A stretch of 64,000 nt of DNA from NCBI GenBank assembly GCA_963621875.1, contig CAVFFR010000001.1:15940-79939 (forward strand), in the 5' to 3' direction. Made by a program: the position numbers and the translations under genes. Below are positions 10,263-21,062 of the stretch, piece by piece. The DNA is from Bacteroidaceae bacterium. GTDB taxonomy: Bacteria > Bacillota > Clostridia > TANB77 > CAG-508. The stretch's first letter is position 1, and every line of letters begins with the position of its first letter. The notes under the pieces are model-generated. The model made no database searches, had not been told where the DNA came from, and saw only the letters and a program-made list of their open reading frames with translations.

Positions 10263-11416
10263 AACACTTCATCAATCACTTTTGCTAAATATTTCATACT
10301 AGTCATAGATTGTTCCAAAGTGTTTCCTGTAGCTCCGACTTCAATTATACAAGCGGCTTTGCCAAGTTGCTGATTATATCTACTGTTTCTAAGAAGAATA
10401 GACCTGAATAAACCAGGATATAATTCATTAGCTTTTTTCTGAACAGAAATAGCAAACTTTAAATTCTGTTGCCAATTAGGATGTTCAAGACCTCCACCAT
10501 CTGTACCAATAACAAACATCAATTGAGAGGCTATTTCGTCACCAATTTGAACAGAAGGAGCATATGTTGTGTCAGCAATAGCATCTCTGTGTAAATCAAT
10601 AATTATGTCTGTGTTAGGATTTTCGTTAAGAATGCCCTGCACTGTTTCCATAGATCTACCATATGAACCAGTGTAAGCAGGATAATCGTGATATGTTTTG
10701 TCGTGGATGACATTAAGGTTATATGAGGTTAGCTGTTCTGCGAGTGAATCTCCAACTCTAGAAACAGAATAATTTAAATCAGTGGTTCTAAAAGTTCCGC
10801 TTTCTTCATAAGAATAAGCTTCAGTGGGAGTATAACTTTCGCAAGTGTGTGTGTGAAAAATAATTACATCAGATTTATTATATTCCAGACCGCTAGGATT
10901 AAGCATTTCATCTGTTAAATTGTAATCGGTACCATTTTTTATATCTACACCGTCATAGCTATTTGTATAAGTATTAGGAACTGCACTGTCTATAACTTTA
11001 GTATTTAAATTTGTGTCAGCATGTTGAACTTCTGAAGGAGATACATCTGTATTGCTGTCTGCAGAGGACTGGAAGACTAGAGGAGAAACAGTTGCCGTCA
11101 TAACAGGAAGTTCTAGATTGAGTAAAAACTGTAAAGGATTTTTAGCTTCTGAAAAATAATTCTCATTAGTAGAAAGCTCTATACTATGAGATTCTTGCAT
11201 TAATGGTAATGTTCTACCAATAATTTCAATTGAAAATAAGTTCTTTAAAACAGGAGAATTATGCATCCTTTCGGAAAAATTAGAATTAATGGAAGCAAAA
11301 TCATTAGTCATGTTTTTTCTAAAAGAATACATCAAAAAAACTAATGCAAAAATAACAATGCTTAGTATAAAAAGTTTGAAAAGTTTCTTTACATTTATTA
11401 CTTTTACATTAATCAT
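10253..11416 (-). CDS. spoIIP: Stage II sporulation protein P (SpoIIP family, amidase-like engulfment hydrolase).
   Basis: N-terminal TM anchor. Conserved SpoIIP block VIIFHTHTCESYTP...IIDLHRD...IEVG. 387 aa. RBS aaggagaa. Confidence 0.6.
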   Translation of the reverse strand: MINVKVINVKKLFKLFILSIVIFALVFLMYSFRKNMTNDFASINSNFSERMHNSPVLKNLFSIEIIGRTLPLMQESHSIELSTNENYFSEAKNPLQFLLNLELPVMTATVSPLVFQSSADSNTDVSPSEVQHADTNLNTKVIDSAVPNTYTNSYDGVDIKNGTDYNLTDEMLNPSGLEYNKSDVIIFHTHTCESYTPTEAYSYEESGTFRTTDLNYSVSRVGDSLAEQLTSYNLNVIHDKTYHDYPAYTGSYGRSMETVQGILNENPNTDIIIDLHRDAIADTTYAPSVQIGDEIASQLMFVIGTDGGGLEHPNWQQNLKFAISVQKKANELYPGLFRSILLRNSRYNQQLGKAACIIEVGATGNTLEQSMTSMKYLAKVIDEVLKK

Positions 11417-11527
11417 AATTTTCTCCTTTGCTATATAAAATATATATTCAAAAAAATAAAAAATATGATTATAAAGTATTGAATATAAAAAAAAATTAAT
11501 ATATTATTATAAAAAAGGAGGGATAAA

Positions 11528-12844
11528 ATGGTAGGATTAAAACTAGATTTAACAAATTCTGATTTAGAGATTGAAGATATATATGGATATAAAGAAAAAG
11601 TAAAAGAAATTCATAATGAATTACATAAAAAATTAGATGATGATGATGAATTTTTAGGATGGCTAGAACTTCCAAGCAAATATAATAAAAGAGAATTTAA
11701 AAAAATAAAAGAATGTGCTAAAAAAATACAAAAAGATTCAGATATTTTGTTAGTAATAGGAATAGGTGGATCGTATTTGGGCGCCAGAGCAATAATAGAA
11801 GCTTTAACGAATAGCTTTTATAATTTACAAGATAAAAGTGTGAGAAGAAAACCTCAAATAATATATGTGGGAAATAGTTTAAGCCCGAGTTATATAAATG
11901 ATGTAATTGATTTGTTGATAGGAAAAGATTTTTCTATTAATGTAATATCAAAATCAGGAACTACAACAGAGCCAGCAATTGCATTCAGAATATTTAGAGA
12001 ATTGATGGAATCAAAATATGGTTTAGAGGAAGCTAGAAACAGAATATATGTTACAACAGATAAAGAATCGGGAGCACTGAAAAAGTTAGCAAATAACGAA
12101 CAATATACAACATTTGTAATACCAGACAATATTGGAGGTAGATACTCAGTCTTAACGCCAGTTGGACTACTACCAATTGCAGTAGCAGGAATAGATATTG
12201 ATGAACTAATGAAAGGTGCAAGATTTGCACAGGACAAATACAATGATGATAATATAGAATATAATGAAGCTTACCAATATGCTGTAGCTAGAAATTTACT
12301 ATATAAAGATGGAAAAAACATTGAAATTTTGGCAAACTATGAACCTAAAATGCATTATATTACAGAATGGTGGAAACAACTATTCGGAGAAAGTGAAGGA
12401 AAAGACAAAAAAGGTATATTCCCAGCTGGAGTTGATTTTACAACAGACTTACATTCATTAGGTCAATATATACAAGATGGTAGAAGATGTTTGTTCGAAA
12501 CAGTAATAAACATAGAAAGACCATACAGTGATATTTACATTAATTTAGATGAGGATGACCTAGATGGATTAAACTATTTAGTTGGAAAATCATTGGATTT
12601 TGTAAATAAAAAAGCAATGGAAGGAACAATAGAAGCACATGTTTCAGGCGATGTTCCTAATATATTAATTACAATGGAAGAACTAAATGAAGAAACAATA
12701 GGCCAGTTAATATATTTTTTTGAATTGGCTTGTGCAATGTCGGGAAAAATATTAGGAGTAAATCCCTTTGACCAACCAGGAGTAGAAGCATATAAAAAAA
12801 ATATGTTTAGGTTATTAAAGAAACCAGGACATAATAAAAAATAA
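11528..12844 (+). CDS. pgi: Glucose-6-phosphate isomerase (short Firmicutes type).
   Basis: SIS-domain motifs [12 protein letters not shown] and SKSGTTTEP. ~438 aa. Confidence 0.9.
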   Translation: MVGLKLDLTNSDLEIEDIYGYKEKVKEIHNELHKKLDDDDEFLGWLELPSKYNKREFKKIKECAKKIQKDSDILLVIGIGGSYLGARAIIEALTNSFYNLQDKSVRRKPQIIYVGNSLSPSYINDVIDLLIGKDFSINVISKSGTTTEPAIAFRIFRELMESKYGLEEARNRIYVTTDKESGALKKLANNEQYTTFVIPDNIGGRYSVLTPVGLLPIAVAGIDIDELMKGARFAQDKYNDDNIEYNEAYQYAVARNLLYKDGKNIEILANYEPKMHYITEWWKQLFGESEGKDKKGIFPAGVDFTTDLHSLGQYIQDGRRCLFETVINIERPYSDIYINLDEDDLDGLNYLVGKSLDFVNKKAMEGTIEAHVSGDVPNILITMEELNEETIGQLIYFFELACAMSGKILGVNPFDQPGVEAYKKNMFRLLKKPGHNKK

Positions 12845-12867
12845 AGGAAAGCTACATAAAACACAAA

Positions 12868-13725
12868 CTACACTGGATTTACATGAATTATTGACAAATA
12901 AACAGGCTCTAAAGTATTTAACTCTTTTTCTAATTTGTCAGCAATCTTATGACTTTCAAATGTGGACATATTTCCATCAACATATATAGAAATAGATATA
13001 AGATATTTATAGCCAACTGGTTTCGAGGTAAGATGAGCGATACTTTGAATATCCTTATACTTCTTAACAATTTCTAAAATTTTTTCTTTTGTTTTTTCGT
13101 CCATAGATGAATCCATTAATACATTATAGCTATCTATAAAAAGCCTTATTCCTGTAAGACAAATTAAAATAGATATACCAATACCTACAACTCCGTCAAA
13201 CCAATAAATTCCAAATGTACTAAGTATAATAGACATTAAAGTAAAAGTAGTAACAATACAATCATTTCTATGGTCCTGTTTTAAAGCTGTAATAAGAATA
13301 CTGTCAGTTCTTTTTGAAATAAACTTTGTATATACAAAAAGAACTAGTTTTACTGTGATTGTTACTATACAAACAATTATTGCTAAATTAGGAATAGCAA
13401 TTTCTTTTTGGTTAAGCAAAGAAAAAGTGGAGTCATATATTAGTTTTAGAGCAACCAATATCATAGAAAAACTTATAAATAAAGAAAAAATATATTCAGC
13501 TTTACCGTGTCCAAAATTATGATTTTCATCACTTGGAACTTTTGAAATTTTTCCTCCTATATAACTCATTAACGACGCAAAAATGTCTCCGGCACTATTT
13601 ACTGCATCAGCAATTAAAGCCTGACTTCTGCTAAGAAAACCAACAATAAATTTAATAACAAGCAAAAAAATATTTCCAATTATCCCAGCAATAGTAACTT
13701 TTCGAATATCAGAATATCTATCCAT
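12868..13725 (-). CDS. Cation diffusion facilitator (CDF) family metal efflux transporter.
   Basis: Six TM segments, a HxxxD-like His-rich loop and a C-terminal cytoplasmic domain. RBS aaggaga. Confidence 0.75.
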   Translation of the reverse strand: MDRYSDIRKVTIAGIIGNIFLLVIKFIVGFLSRSQALIADAVNSAGDIFASLMSYIGGKISKVPSDENHNFGHGKAEYIFSLFISFSMILVALKLIYDSTFSLLNQKEIAIPNLAIIVCIVTITVKLVLFVYTKFISKRTDSILITALKQDHRNDCIVTTFTLMSIILSTFGIYWFDGVVGIGISILICLTGIRLFIDSYNVLMDSSMDEKTKEKILEIVKKYKDIQSIAHLTSKPVGYKYLISISIYVDGNMSTFESHKIADKLEKELNTLEPVYLSIIHVNPV

Positions 13726-13886
13726 AAAAATCTCCTTATATAAAATATACTATAGAATAATATCATAAATATACATTAATAGCTAGTTATAATTTATAAA
13801 ATTTAAAAAAATAATAAAATTCTTTGACTTTTTGTAATAAATAGCTTAGAATAGAGGAGATAATAAATAAGGAAGAGGTTTTATAT

Positions 13887-14426
13887 ATGAATATTTGGCA
13901 CGAAATATCAGAAGATAGAATAAAAAAAGACGATTTTGTAGCAGTGGTCGAGATACCAAAAGGTTGCAAAAATAAATATGAACTTGATAAAAAGACAGGA
14001 ATGTTAAAATTAGATAGAATACTATATACGGCAACGCATTATCCAGCAAATTATGGATTTATACCAAGAACTTATGCTGGAGATCATGATCCATTAGATG
14101 TATTAGTTCTTTGCCAAGAACCAATATATCCATTAACACTAGTAGAATGTTATCCAATAGGAGTACTAAGAATGACAGATAGCAATGAAGAAGATGAAAA
14201 AATAATTGCAATAGCAAAAAAAGATCCATTTTTAAATTGCTATAACGATATATCAGAACTTCCAAAACAAATATCTGCAGAAATAATGCATTTCTTTGAA
14301 GTTTATAAACAATTAGAAGGCAAAAAAACTACAATAGATAAAATGATGGGAAGAAAGGAAGCAGAAGAAATAATACAAAAAACAATTGATGATTATAAAA
14401 ATAAATTTGCAAATAAAAAGGAGTAA
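13887..14426 (+). CDS. ppa: Inorganic pyrophosphatase (family I).
   Basis: Conserved DHDPLDVLVL and EIPKG motifs. 179 aa. Confidence 0.85.
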   Translation: MNIWHEISEDRIKKDDFVAVVEIPKGCKNKYELDKKTGMLKLDRILYTATHYPANYGFIPRTYAGDHDPLDVLVLCQEPIYPLTLVECYPIGVLRMTDSNEEDEKIIAIAKKDPFLNCYNDISELPKQISAEIMHFFEVYKQLEGKKTTIDKMMGRKEAEEIIQKTIDDYKNKFANKKE

Positions 14427-14429
14427 TAT

Positions 14430-15650
14430 ATGATAGAAAAAATAGTATTTAATGTATTTGCATTCACACTATTTATACTAATTTTTATACAATTAATAAG
14501 AAAAAATGATGCGAGCTATGTATATCTATTAATAGCTCAATTTATAGGTATAACAATAAATTTTATAGAACTTAGTATTGGAAAAAGTTTTGGAATAGTA
14601 ACCAAAATAATTATGTATTTATTATCTGTAATACTTCCAGCATTTATAATATGGTTAGAATATAAAAAGAAAATTGAATTTGCAGAAATATTTAACCTAC
14701 TATTAGCTAAGATGTATATAAAATTAGAAAAAAAAGAAGAAGCAAAAAAGTATATAAACAAATTAATCGAAAAGTACCCAAATAGTTATAAAGGTCATAT
14801 GTTATTAGCTAAAATATACGAAGAACAAGAAAAGTATGATTTGGCGTTAGAGGAATATGAAAAAACATACAATATAAATCCTGAAAACAAAGATATATAC
14901 TTGAAAATAGGAAAAATGTATGGAAATGTTGGCAGAGAAAATGAAGCAATAGAAATATTTAGCGATTTATTAAAGAAAAAGCCAGACTATTACGAAGCTA
15001 GTATGATTTTAGGAGACATACTAAATAAAAAACAAGACTATAAAGAAGCTGTTCAAGTATATATGAATGCTCTAAAATATAGACCAGCAGATTATAATAT
15101 ATATTATAATCTAGGAATGACATACACATTACTAAATGATTTTGCAAAAGCAAAAGAATGTTATGAAAAAGCAGCGCAAATAAACTCAGACTTATATCAC
15201 GCAAAATACAGTATAGCGCAATTAAACCTTTTATACGGAGAATTGGACGAGGCAGAAAATCAATTTATGGAATGTATTGATGCAGACGAAGTGGAAGCAG
15301 GAGCTTATTATTATTTGGCTAGAATTGCAATGGTAAAAGGCGAAATAGATAAAGCAAAAAATTATGCCAATATTGCAATAGAGGAAGACCCTGAAATATA
15401 CACCAAAATATTGGAAGAAAATATATTCTTACCAATAGTAGAGGAAATAAATAAACCTAAAATAAATACTGAAACTAAAAAGAGAAATAAAAAGAAATTA
15501 TTAAGTAAAAAGGAAAAATACATAGATGAATATCTAGACAATACTTGCAAATTGGTTGGAAAACTTAATAATAATGATATTGAAATGATAGAAAATGTTA
15601 GAAAAACTAAAAAGCAAGATTTTATAGATAAAGATGATAGACAAATGTAA
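14430..15650 (+). CDS. TPR-repeat membrane protein.
   Basis: Two N-terminal TM helices followed by about 8 TPR-like 34-aa repeats (AxxYxxAL patterns). Confidence 0.55.
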   Translation: MIEKIVFNVFAFTLFILIFIQLIRKNDASYVYLLIAQFIGITINFIELSIGKSFGIVTKIIMYLLSVILPAFIIWLEYKKKIEFAEIFNLLLAKMYIKLEKKEEAKKYINKLIEKYPNSYKGHMLLAKIYEEQEKYDLALEEYEKTYNINPENKDIYLKIGKMYGNVGRENEAIEIFSDLLKKKPDYYEASMILGDILNKKQDYKEAVQVYMNALKYRPADYNIYYNLGMTYTLLNDFAKAKECYEKAAQINSDLYHAKYSIAQLNLLYGELDEAENQFMECIDADEVEAGAYYYLARIAMVKGEIDKAKNYANIAIEEDPEIYTKILEENIFLPIVEEINKPKINTETKKRNKKKLLSKKEKYIDEYLDNTCKLVGKLNNNDIEMIENVRKTKKQDFIDKDDRQM

Positions 15651-15706
15651 TACTAATAAAACGAAAGAATATATTTATATAAAAATATAAATAGGAAGGA
15701 AAAAAT

Positions 15707-16516
15707 ATGGAAATTTATCAATCAATAATACTAGGTATTGTACAAGGATTAACGGAATTTTTACCAATATCTAGTTCGGCACACTTAAATGTATTTCCTT
15801 GGATTTTCAACTGGGCAATGTTATCTGATGGAATGGATGTTGCACTACATATAGGAACATTACTTGCATTGATAATCTTCTTCTTTAAAGACTGGATAAA
15901 ACTAGTAAAAGCTGGATATAAAAAGGCAATAAAAAAAGAAGACTCGACAGAAGGAAAAATGTTCTGGTATATAGTCGCAGCTACTATACCCGCAGGAATA
16001 TTTAGTATAATATTAGACAAAATATCTTCAAAAATTATTGGAAATGATATAAATGTGCAAATGGCAGTAATAGCTGGTTCATTAATAATAATGGGTATAA
16101 TATTATATATAGTAGATAAAAAATCAGAATCGAAAACAACATACGAAAATATAACATTAAAGCAATCTGTATTAATAGGAATATCTCAAGCAATTGCAGC
16201 AGCTTTTCCAGGAGTTTCGCGTAGCGGAATCACGATGACTGTGGCTAGAGGATTAAAAGTAGAAAGAGAAAGTGCAGCAAAATTTTCTTTTATGCTAGCA
16301 ATGCCAATAACGCTTGCAGCAGTGATATTTGACTTGGGAAAATTTCAGTTTGATTTGTCACTCGTATTAGGGATACTTGCAAGTTTTATTGTAGGTGTAA
16401 TAGTAATAAAATTCTTATTAAATTACTTAAAAAAAGGTAGCTTTAAGATATTTGCAATTTATAGAATAATTATAGGTATCTTAATAATTGGAATACTAAT
16501 ATTTAGAATTATATAA
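15707..16516 (+). CDS. uppP: Undecaprenyl-diphosphatase.
   Basis: Signature LGIVQGLTEFLPISSSAHL at the N-terminus. Multi-TM. 269 aa. Confidence 0.9.
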   Translation: MEIYQSIILGIVQGLTEFLPISSSAHLNVFPWIFNWAMLSDGMDVALHIGTLLALIIFFFKDWIKLVKAGYKKAIKKEDSTEGKMFWYIVAATIPAGIFSIILDKISSKIIGNDINVQMAVIAGSLIIMGIILYIVDKKSESKTTYENITLKQSVLIGISQAIAAAFPGVSRSGITMTVARGLKVERESAAKFSFMLAMPITLAAVIFDLGKFQFDLSLVLGILASFIVGVIVIKFLLNYLKKGSFKIFAIYRIIIGILIIGILIFRII

Positions 16517-16526
16517 AATAAAAACA

Positions 16527-16560
16527 AGATGTAGACGAAAGACTACATCTTAATTACTTT
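16527..16560 (+). terminator. Putative terminator after uppP.
   Basis: Stem agatgtag/ctacatct with an 8-nt loop and a weak T tail. Confidence 0.35.
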
Positions 16561-16621
16561 CAGAGAAAATATTACAAAAATATTACAATATTGCATCTTA
16601 TTTACAATTATGTAAAATATG

Positions 16622-16649
16622 TTGACTTTTTTTCAAAAAAAGATAAAAT
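16622..16649 (+). promoter_or_regulatory. Putative sigma-A promoter for the pilus operon.
   Basis: TTGACT, a 16-nt spacer, then TAAAAT, inside a 250-nt AT-rich intergenic region. Confidence 0.3.
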
Positions 16650-16766
16650 AATAATGTATATTTGAAAAATAATCAAAAAAATACAAAAATTGATAAAATA
16701 ATACTGTATTTTTTATCAATTTTTGCAAAACATAAGTAAAAAGAAAAAATAACGGAAGGATTAAAG

Positions 16767-18377
16767 ATGGCTAGCTGTTTAGGTATATATATAAGTCAAA
16801 ATATAATTAAATATGCAAAAGTTTCTGGTGATAAAGGTAACCTAAAAATTGAAGCATTTGGAATTAAAGTGTATTCAGATTTGCAACAAACCATAGATCA
16901 AATTATATCTGAAACATTTAGCTTTAAGATTCCGATTAGTGTAAATATGTCTGAAGAAATGTATAATTACTTTTATATGTCAGACTTATTAAACAAAAAA
17001 GATTTAACAAAAGCAATAGATACTGAGTTTGAATCATTGTGTTATGAAAAACAATATAATCCAAATGCTTTAGAAACAAGATATGCATTAGTTAATGACT
17101 TAAACGAAAAAGGAAAGATAAAGGTAATACACATTTCAACAAACAAATTAAAAATAACAAAGATAGCACAAGACTTTGAAGATAAAAAAGTTCAAACAAT
17201 AACACCGATTTCTATAAGCATTGCAAATGTTGCCCCACTTGAAGAAAAAGAAAATTCTATAATATTAAATATAGAAGATACAACCACAATTACAACAATG
17301 GTTGGAAAGAAAGTATATGATGTCCAAACTGTACCAGTTGGATCAGCACAAATATTAAATGCTATAAATGAAAAAGAAAATTCATACTTAAAAGCTTACG
17401 AAATATGTAAAAATACGACTATTTATACAATGGAAGGTAGAGGGCTTCAAGAAAAAGAAAATGAATATTTACAAGACATAATTCCAACACTTTATACTAT
17501 ATCAAATCAAGTAAGAGACATAATAAGTACTAGCTTATTCAAGATAAATAAAGTGTATATAACAGGAACAGCATCCGCAATAAACAATATAGATTTATAT
17601 ATAGAAGAAATAATTGGTGGAATAAAGTGTGAAATATTAAAACCATTCTTTTTAGAGGATTCACCAAAAATAAATATGAAAGATTATATAGAAGTAAACT
17701 CAGCTATAGCTTTGGCTTTACAAGGGCTAGGATATGGTATACAAAATATAAACTTTAGCAAAAAGAGCTTTTGGGAAAACTTACCTGAGTTATTAGCTTC
17801 AGATGTTTCTATAGGAAAATCGAAGGGTGAAGCAAAAAAATCTGGAAAGATAAATATAGAGCTACCAAAACTAAGAACTTGGGTTTCACGCGAACTAGCT
17901 GGAGTTATAATATTGACAGTAGCATATACAGGAATAGCAATTTACATCAATGATCAAATTTCTAAAAAGAATCAAGAAATAGAAACTGTTAGTGCAGACA
18001 TAAATAAGCAAGTTAGTCTAATAGAATCTGATAAAACAAAAGTAGATTCTAAAACATCTGATTATAATACATTAATTAGCAATTTGGAAAATGCAACAAA
18101 CGAAATGAATGATAAAAATTCGTACAAAAATGTAATTCCAGTGTTACTTAGCCAAATAATGAACACAATACCAAAAGAAGTTCAATTAACTTCAATAGAA
18201 AACACCACTGGTAAAAAGATTGTAATTAATGCTCAATCAGAAAAATATGAACAGTTAGCATATTTTAAAACATTACTAAAATCTAAAGGAATATTGGAAC
18301 CAACATCAATAGTATCTTCTGCAGCTGTTAAAGAGGAAAATAATGTAAAAATTGTTATAGAGGGAGAAATGCCATGA
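16767..18377 (+). CDS. pilMN: Type IV pilus assembly protein, PilM-PilN fusion.
   Basis: Actin-like ATPase (PilM/FtsA-like) N-terminal ~350 aa. Then a TM helix (LAGVIILTVAYTGIAIYI) and a coiled-coil PilN-like periplasmic part. 536 aa. Confidence 0.55.
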   Translation: MASCLGIYISQNIIKYAKVSGDKGNLKIEAFGIKVYSDLQQTIDQIISETFSFKIPISVNMSEEMYNYFYMSDLLNKKDLTKAIDTEFESLCYEKQYNPNALETRYALVNDLNEKGKIKVIHISTNKLKITKIAQDFEDKKVQTITPISISIANVAPLEEKENSIILNIEDTTTITTMVGKKVYDVQTVPVGSAQILNAINEKENSYLKAYEICKNTTIYTMEGRGLQEKENEYLQDIIPTLYTISNQVRDIISTSLFKINKVYITGTASAINNIDLYIEEIIGGIKCEILKPFFLEDSPKINMKDYIEVNSAIALALQGLGYGIQNINFSKKSFWENLPELLASDVSIGKSKGEAKKSGKINIELPKLRTWVSRELAGVIILTVAYTGIAIYINDQISKKNQEIETVSADINKQVSLIESDKTKVDSKTSDYNTLISNLENATNEMNDKNSYKNVIPVLLSQIMNTIPKEVQLTSIENTTGKKIVINAQSEKYEQLAYFKTLLKSKGILEPTSIVSSAAVKEENNVKIVIEGEMP

Positions 18378-19096
18378 AAAATATATTATTAACGGTAATT
18401 TCGGTACTTGTAACAGCTCTAATAATTGTAACAATGATAAAAGGACTTACAATAGGCAAGATAAATATATTAAGCATTGCAGATATAAAAACAAATAGTA
18501 TGGAATTAGATAAAAAAATAGAAGATGTAAATACGCTAAAAAATGTAACTTATAAGAAAAAAGTTAGTGATTTAGATACTTCTATAAAAAGTCTGACAAC
18601 AGCGAAACAAAAGTACTTAGAATTAGCAAGCTTAAGCACAGATGCACAAATAAAAGCAGCAAACCAAGAACCAGTATATTCTATGGAATTCTTATGGGAC
18701 AAGGTTGGAAGCTATGCTACCAGGGAAGGACTAAAACTAAAATGGGTAGTAACTCCTACAGGGTCGACCAATAAAAGTACTTTATCATTTACTCTTACAG
18801 GAAGTTATTTAGGAATTATTAACTATGTGTATGCATTAGAAAATGATTCTGAATTAAATTTTAGAATAGAAAACTTTAAATTAGTACCAGATGGAACATC
18901 AACAGAAAGTCTATCTGCAACATTTATAGTTTCAAATATTGGAGTAAAACAAGAAACAACAAGTACTAAAGTATCTACACAAGAAAACAGTAATAATAGT
19001 ACAAGCAAACAAAGCAGTACTAATTCGACAAAAACAAATACAGAAACTAAAATTTCAAATGACATAAATGATAAGATTGATAATACTGTGAATTAA
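18374..19096 (+). CDS. PilO-like type IV pilus biogenesis protein.
   Basis: Start codon overlaps the pilMN stop. N-terminal TM, a coiled-coil and an S/T/N-rich C-terminal tail. Placement matches pilO. Confidence 0.4.
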   Translation: MKNILLTVISVLVTALIIVTMIKGLTIGKINILSIADIKTNSMELDKKIEDVNTLKNVTYKKKVSDLDTSIKSLTTAKQKYLELASLSTDAQIKAANQEPVYSMEFLWDKVGSYATREGLKLKWVVTPTGSTNKSTLSFTLTGSYLGIINYVYALENDSELNFRIENFKLVPDGTSTESLSATFIVSNIGVKQETTSTKVSTQENSNNSTSKQSSTNSTKTNTETKISNDINDKIDNTVN

Positions 19097-19113
19097 ACTG
19101 GAAAGGAGAAAAA

Positions 19114-19494
19114 ATGAAATCAGTTCTTAAAGAAATAATTATAATATTACTTCTATGTTGTGCAATATGCTTAATTTTAGGAGTACTATTCTACGATTAT
19201 ATACCAACTAATAAAGTTGTTCCAAGTACAGTTGAAGCGTATGCAACATCAAATACAATAAAAGAAGAAATAAATCAAGAAATAACTGAATTTCAAAAAC
19301 AAACAGTTGTAATGGAAATTACAGATACCGATTTGAAGGTTCATAAACAAGAAAACAGTTATGATTCTGGAAAATTAAATCCATTTGCAAAATCATCTGC
19401 AAATGCAACAAACACAACAAATAATACAATAAATGTTGATAATACACAAAATCCAGATTCAAAAGACTATTTTTTCAATACTCAAACTCGGTAA
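19114..19494 (+). CDS. Hypothetical single-pass membrane protein in the pilus cluster.
   Basis: N-terminal TM (IIIILLLCCAICLILGVLFY). No prepilin motif. RBS ggaaaggag. Confidence 0.3.
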   Translation: MKSVLKEIIIILLLCCAICLILGVLFYDYIPTNKVVPSTVEAYATSNTIKEEINQEITEFQKQTVVMEITDTDLKVHKQENSYDSGKLNPFAKSSANATNTTNNTINVDNTQNPDSKDYFFNTQTR

Positions 19495-19556
19495 ATAATT
19501 AATTAAGATATATTTTAAAATAAATATATACAAAAAAATCAAAGGAGGAATTTTAT

Positions 19557-19778
19557 ATGTTTAAGAAAGAAAAAGGTATTACATTAGTAGCTTTAGTAGT
19601 AACAATAGTAGTTCTATTAATATTAGCTGGTGTTAGTATTAGTTTAATTTTAGATAACCAAGGTGTAATTAACAAATCTAAAGAAGCTAAAACACAATAT
19701 CAAAATGCAGCTAATTATGAAAGACAAGTATTAGATACAGAGACAAACCAAATATTTGATAATTTATTAGCAGAATAA
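19557..19778 (+). CDS. Short type IV pilin / pseudopilin (ComGC-like, 73 aa).
   Basis: Prepilin-type leader MFKKEKG|ITLVALVVTIVVLLILAG. Mostly the alpha-1 helix. Ala rather than Glu at position +5. Confidence 0.5.
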   Translation: MFKKEKGITLVALVVTIVVLLILAGVSISLILDNQGVINKSKEAKTQYQNAANYERQVLDTETNQIFDNLLAE

Positions 19779-19867
19779 TTTATTATTGTAAAAATTTGGA
19801 AATATAGGTTACCTGAAATATATATGTTTAATGTTTTAGGTAACCTTGTATTAATATAAGGAGCAAT

Positions 19868-20653
19868 ATGAATATTATATTATATATATACATTTTTTTA
19901 ATAGGAATAACTTGTGGTAGCTTTTTTACTTTAGCAATTCACAGAATACCAAGAAATCAGGATATAACTCATACTAGATCTTATTGCCCAAAATGTAATC
20001 ATAAATTAGCTTTTTGGGACATGATACCTATGTTTAGTTTTTTGTTCTTAAGAGGAAAATGCAGATATTGTAAAAATAAAATAGCACCTAAATATTTTTT
20101 TATAGAATTATTAACGGGAATAGCATTTGTATTATTTGCATATTCGTTAAAGTTACAAATATTTAATATATATTTTGTATGTGGCTTGCTTTATATAGCT
20201 GGCTTATTTGTCATATCTGGAATAGATAAAGAAAAACATGAAATTATAATGGGTGGAGTTTTATATCTAACGGTAATACAAACAATTTATATAATATATC
20301 TATATATAATAGAAAATACTAATGTCTATAGATATGTTATATATTTAGCAATATTAGCAATACTAATATTATTAGACACAATATATTTCAGAAAGAAATT
20401 AAAAAATAATTATGCTTTAGAAAATTTAATATTAATAGATTTAATGTTAATGTTTACATATGAAGCTTGCACAATTTTAACTTTAGAAGGTACATTATTA
20501 GTAATTGCAATAAAATCAATAATAGATGCAATAATAAATAAGAAGAAGCAAATAAAAAAAGAAAAGACCAAAACCATTCCAATAGCATTTTATCTATGCA
20601 TACTGAACATAATTACACTGATAGTTACTAATATATTATGTTTTTACAGGTGA
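19868..20653 (+). CDS. pilD: Prepilin peptidase (A24 family).
   Basis: N-terminal zinc tetracysteine CPKCNHKL...CRYCKNKI and multi-TM DUF/A24 core. 261 aa. Confidence 0.8.
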   Translation: MNIILYIYIFLIGITCGSFFTLAIHRIPRNQDITHTRSYCPKCNHKLAFWDMIPMFSFLFLRGKCRYCKNKIAPKYFFIELLTGIAFVLFAYSLKLQIFNIYFVCGLLYIAGLFVISGIDKEKHEIIMGGVLYLTVIQTIYIIYLYIIENTNVYRYVIYLAILAILILLDTIYFRKKLKNNYALENLILIDLMLMFTYEACTILTLEGTLLVIAIKSIIDAIINKKKQIKKEKTKTIPIAFYLCILNIITLIVTNILCFYR

Positions 20654-20658
20654 TTAAT

Positions 20659-21060
20659 ATGATGAAAAAGAAGAAAATATTATATAATAGCAAAGGAATA
20701 ACAGGAATTGATTTAACATTAAGTATAGTTGTTTTAACTACATTTGTTGGGGTAATAATAGGCTTGATGGTAAATAATTATAGGATGTCCTTAGAAATTC
20801 AAAAAAGTGCAAATGCTATGTCATATGCAACAATGGTGTTAGAAAAAGTGGACGAAAAACCATATGAAAAAGTTACAGATGATTTTTTAGATGAAATATC
20901 AGAAGAACTAAATATAGATTCGGACTATAACATAAGTCTAATTGTATCACAATTAGATGAGAATGATTATATAAAAAAAGTTACTCTAAAAGTTTCATAT
21001 AAAGTAAATGATCAAACAAAAGACATTAATATTAGTAAATTAAAAATAAAGGAAATATAG
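20659..21060 (+). CDS. Minor pilin / pseudopilin.
   Basis: MMKKKKILYNSKG|ITGIDLTLSIVVL class-III-type leader, with Asp at +5. Start chosen at the ATG after RBS aggtga. ORF-track start 20638. Confidence 0.45.
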   Translation: MMKKKKILYNSKGITGIDLTLSIVVLTTFVGVIIGLMVNNYRMSLEIQKSANAMSYATMVLEKVDEKPYEKVTDDFLDEISEELNIDSDYNISLIVSQLDENDYIKKVTLKVSYKVNDQTKDINISKLKIKEI

Positions 21061-21062
21061 AA

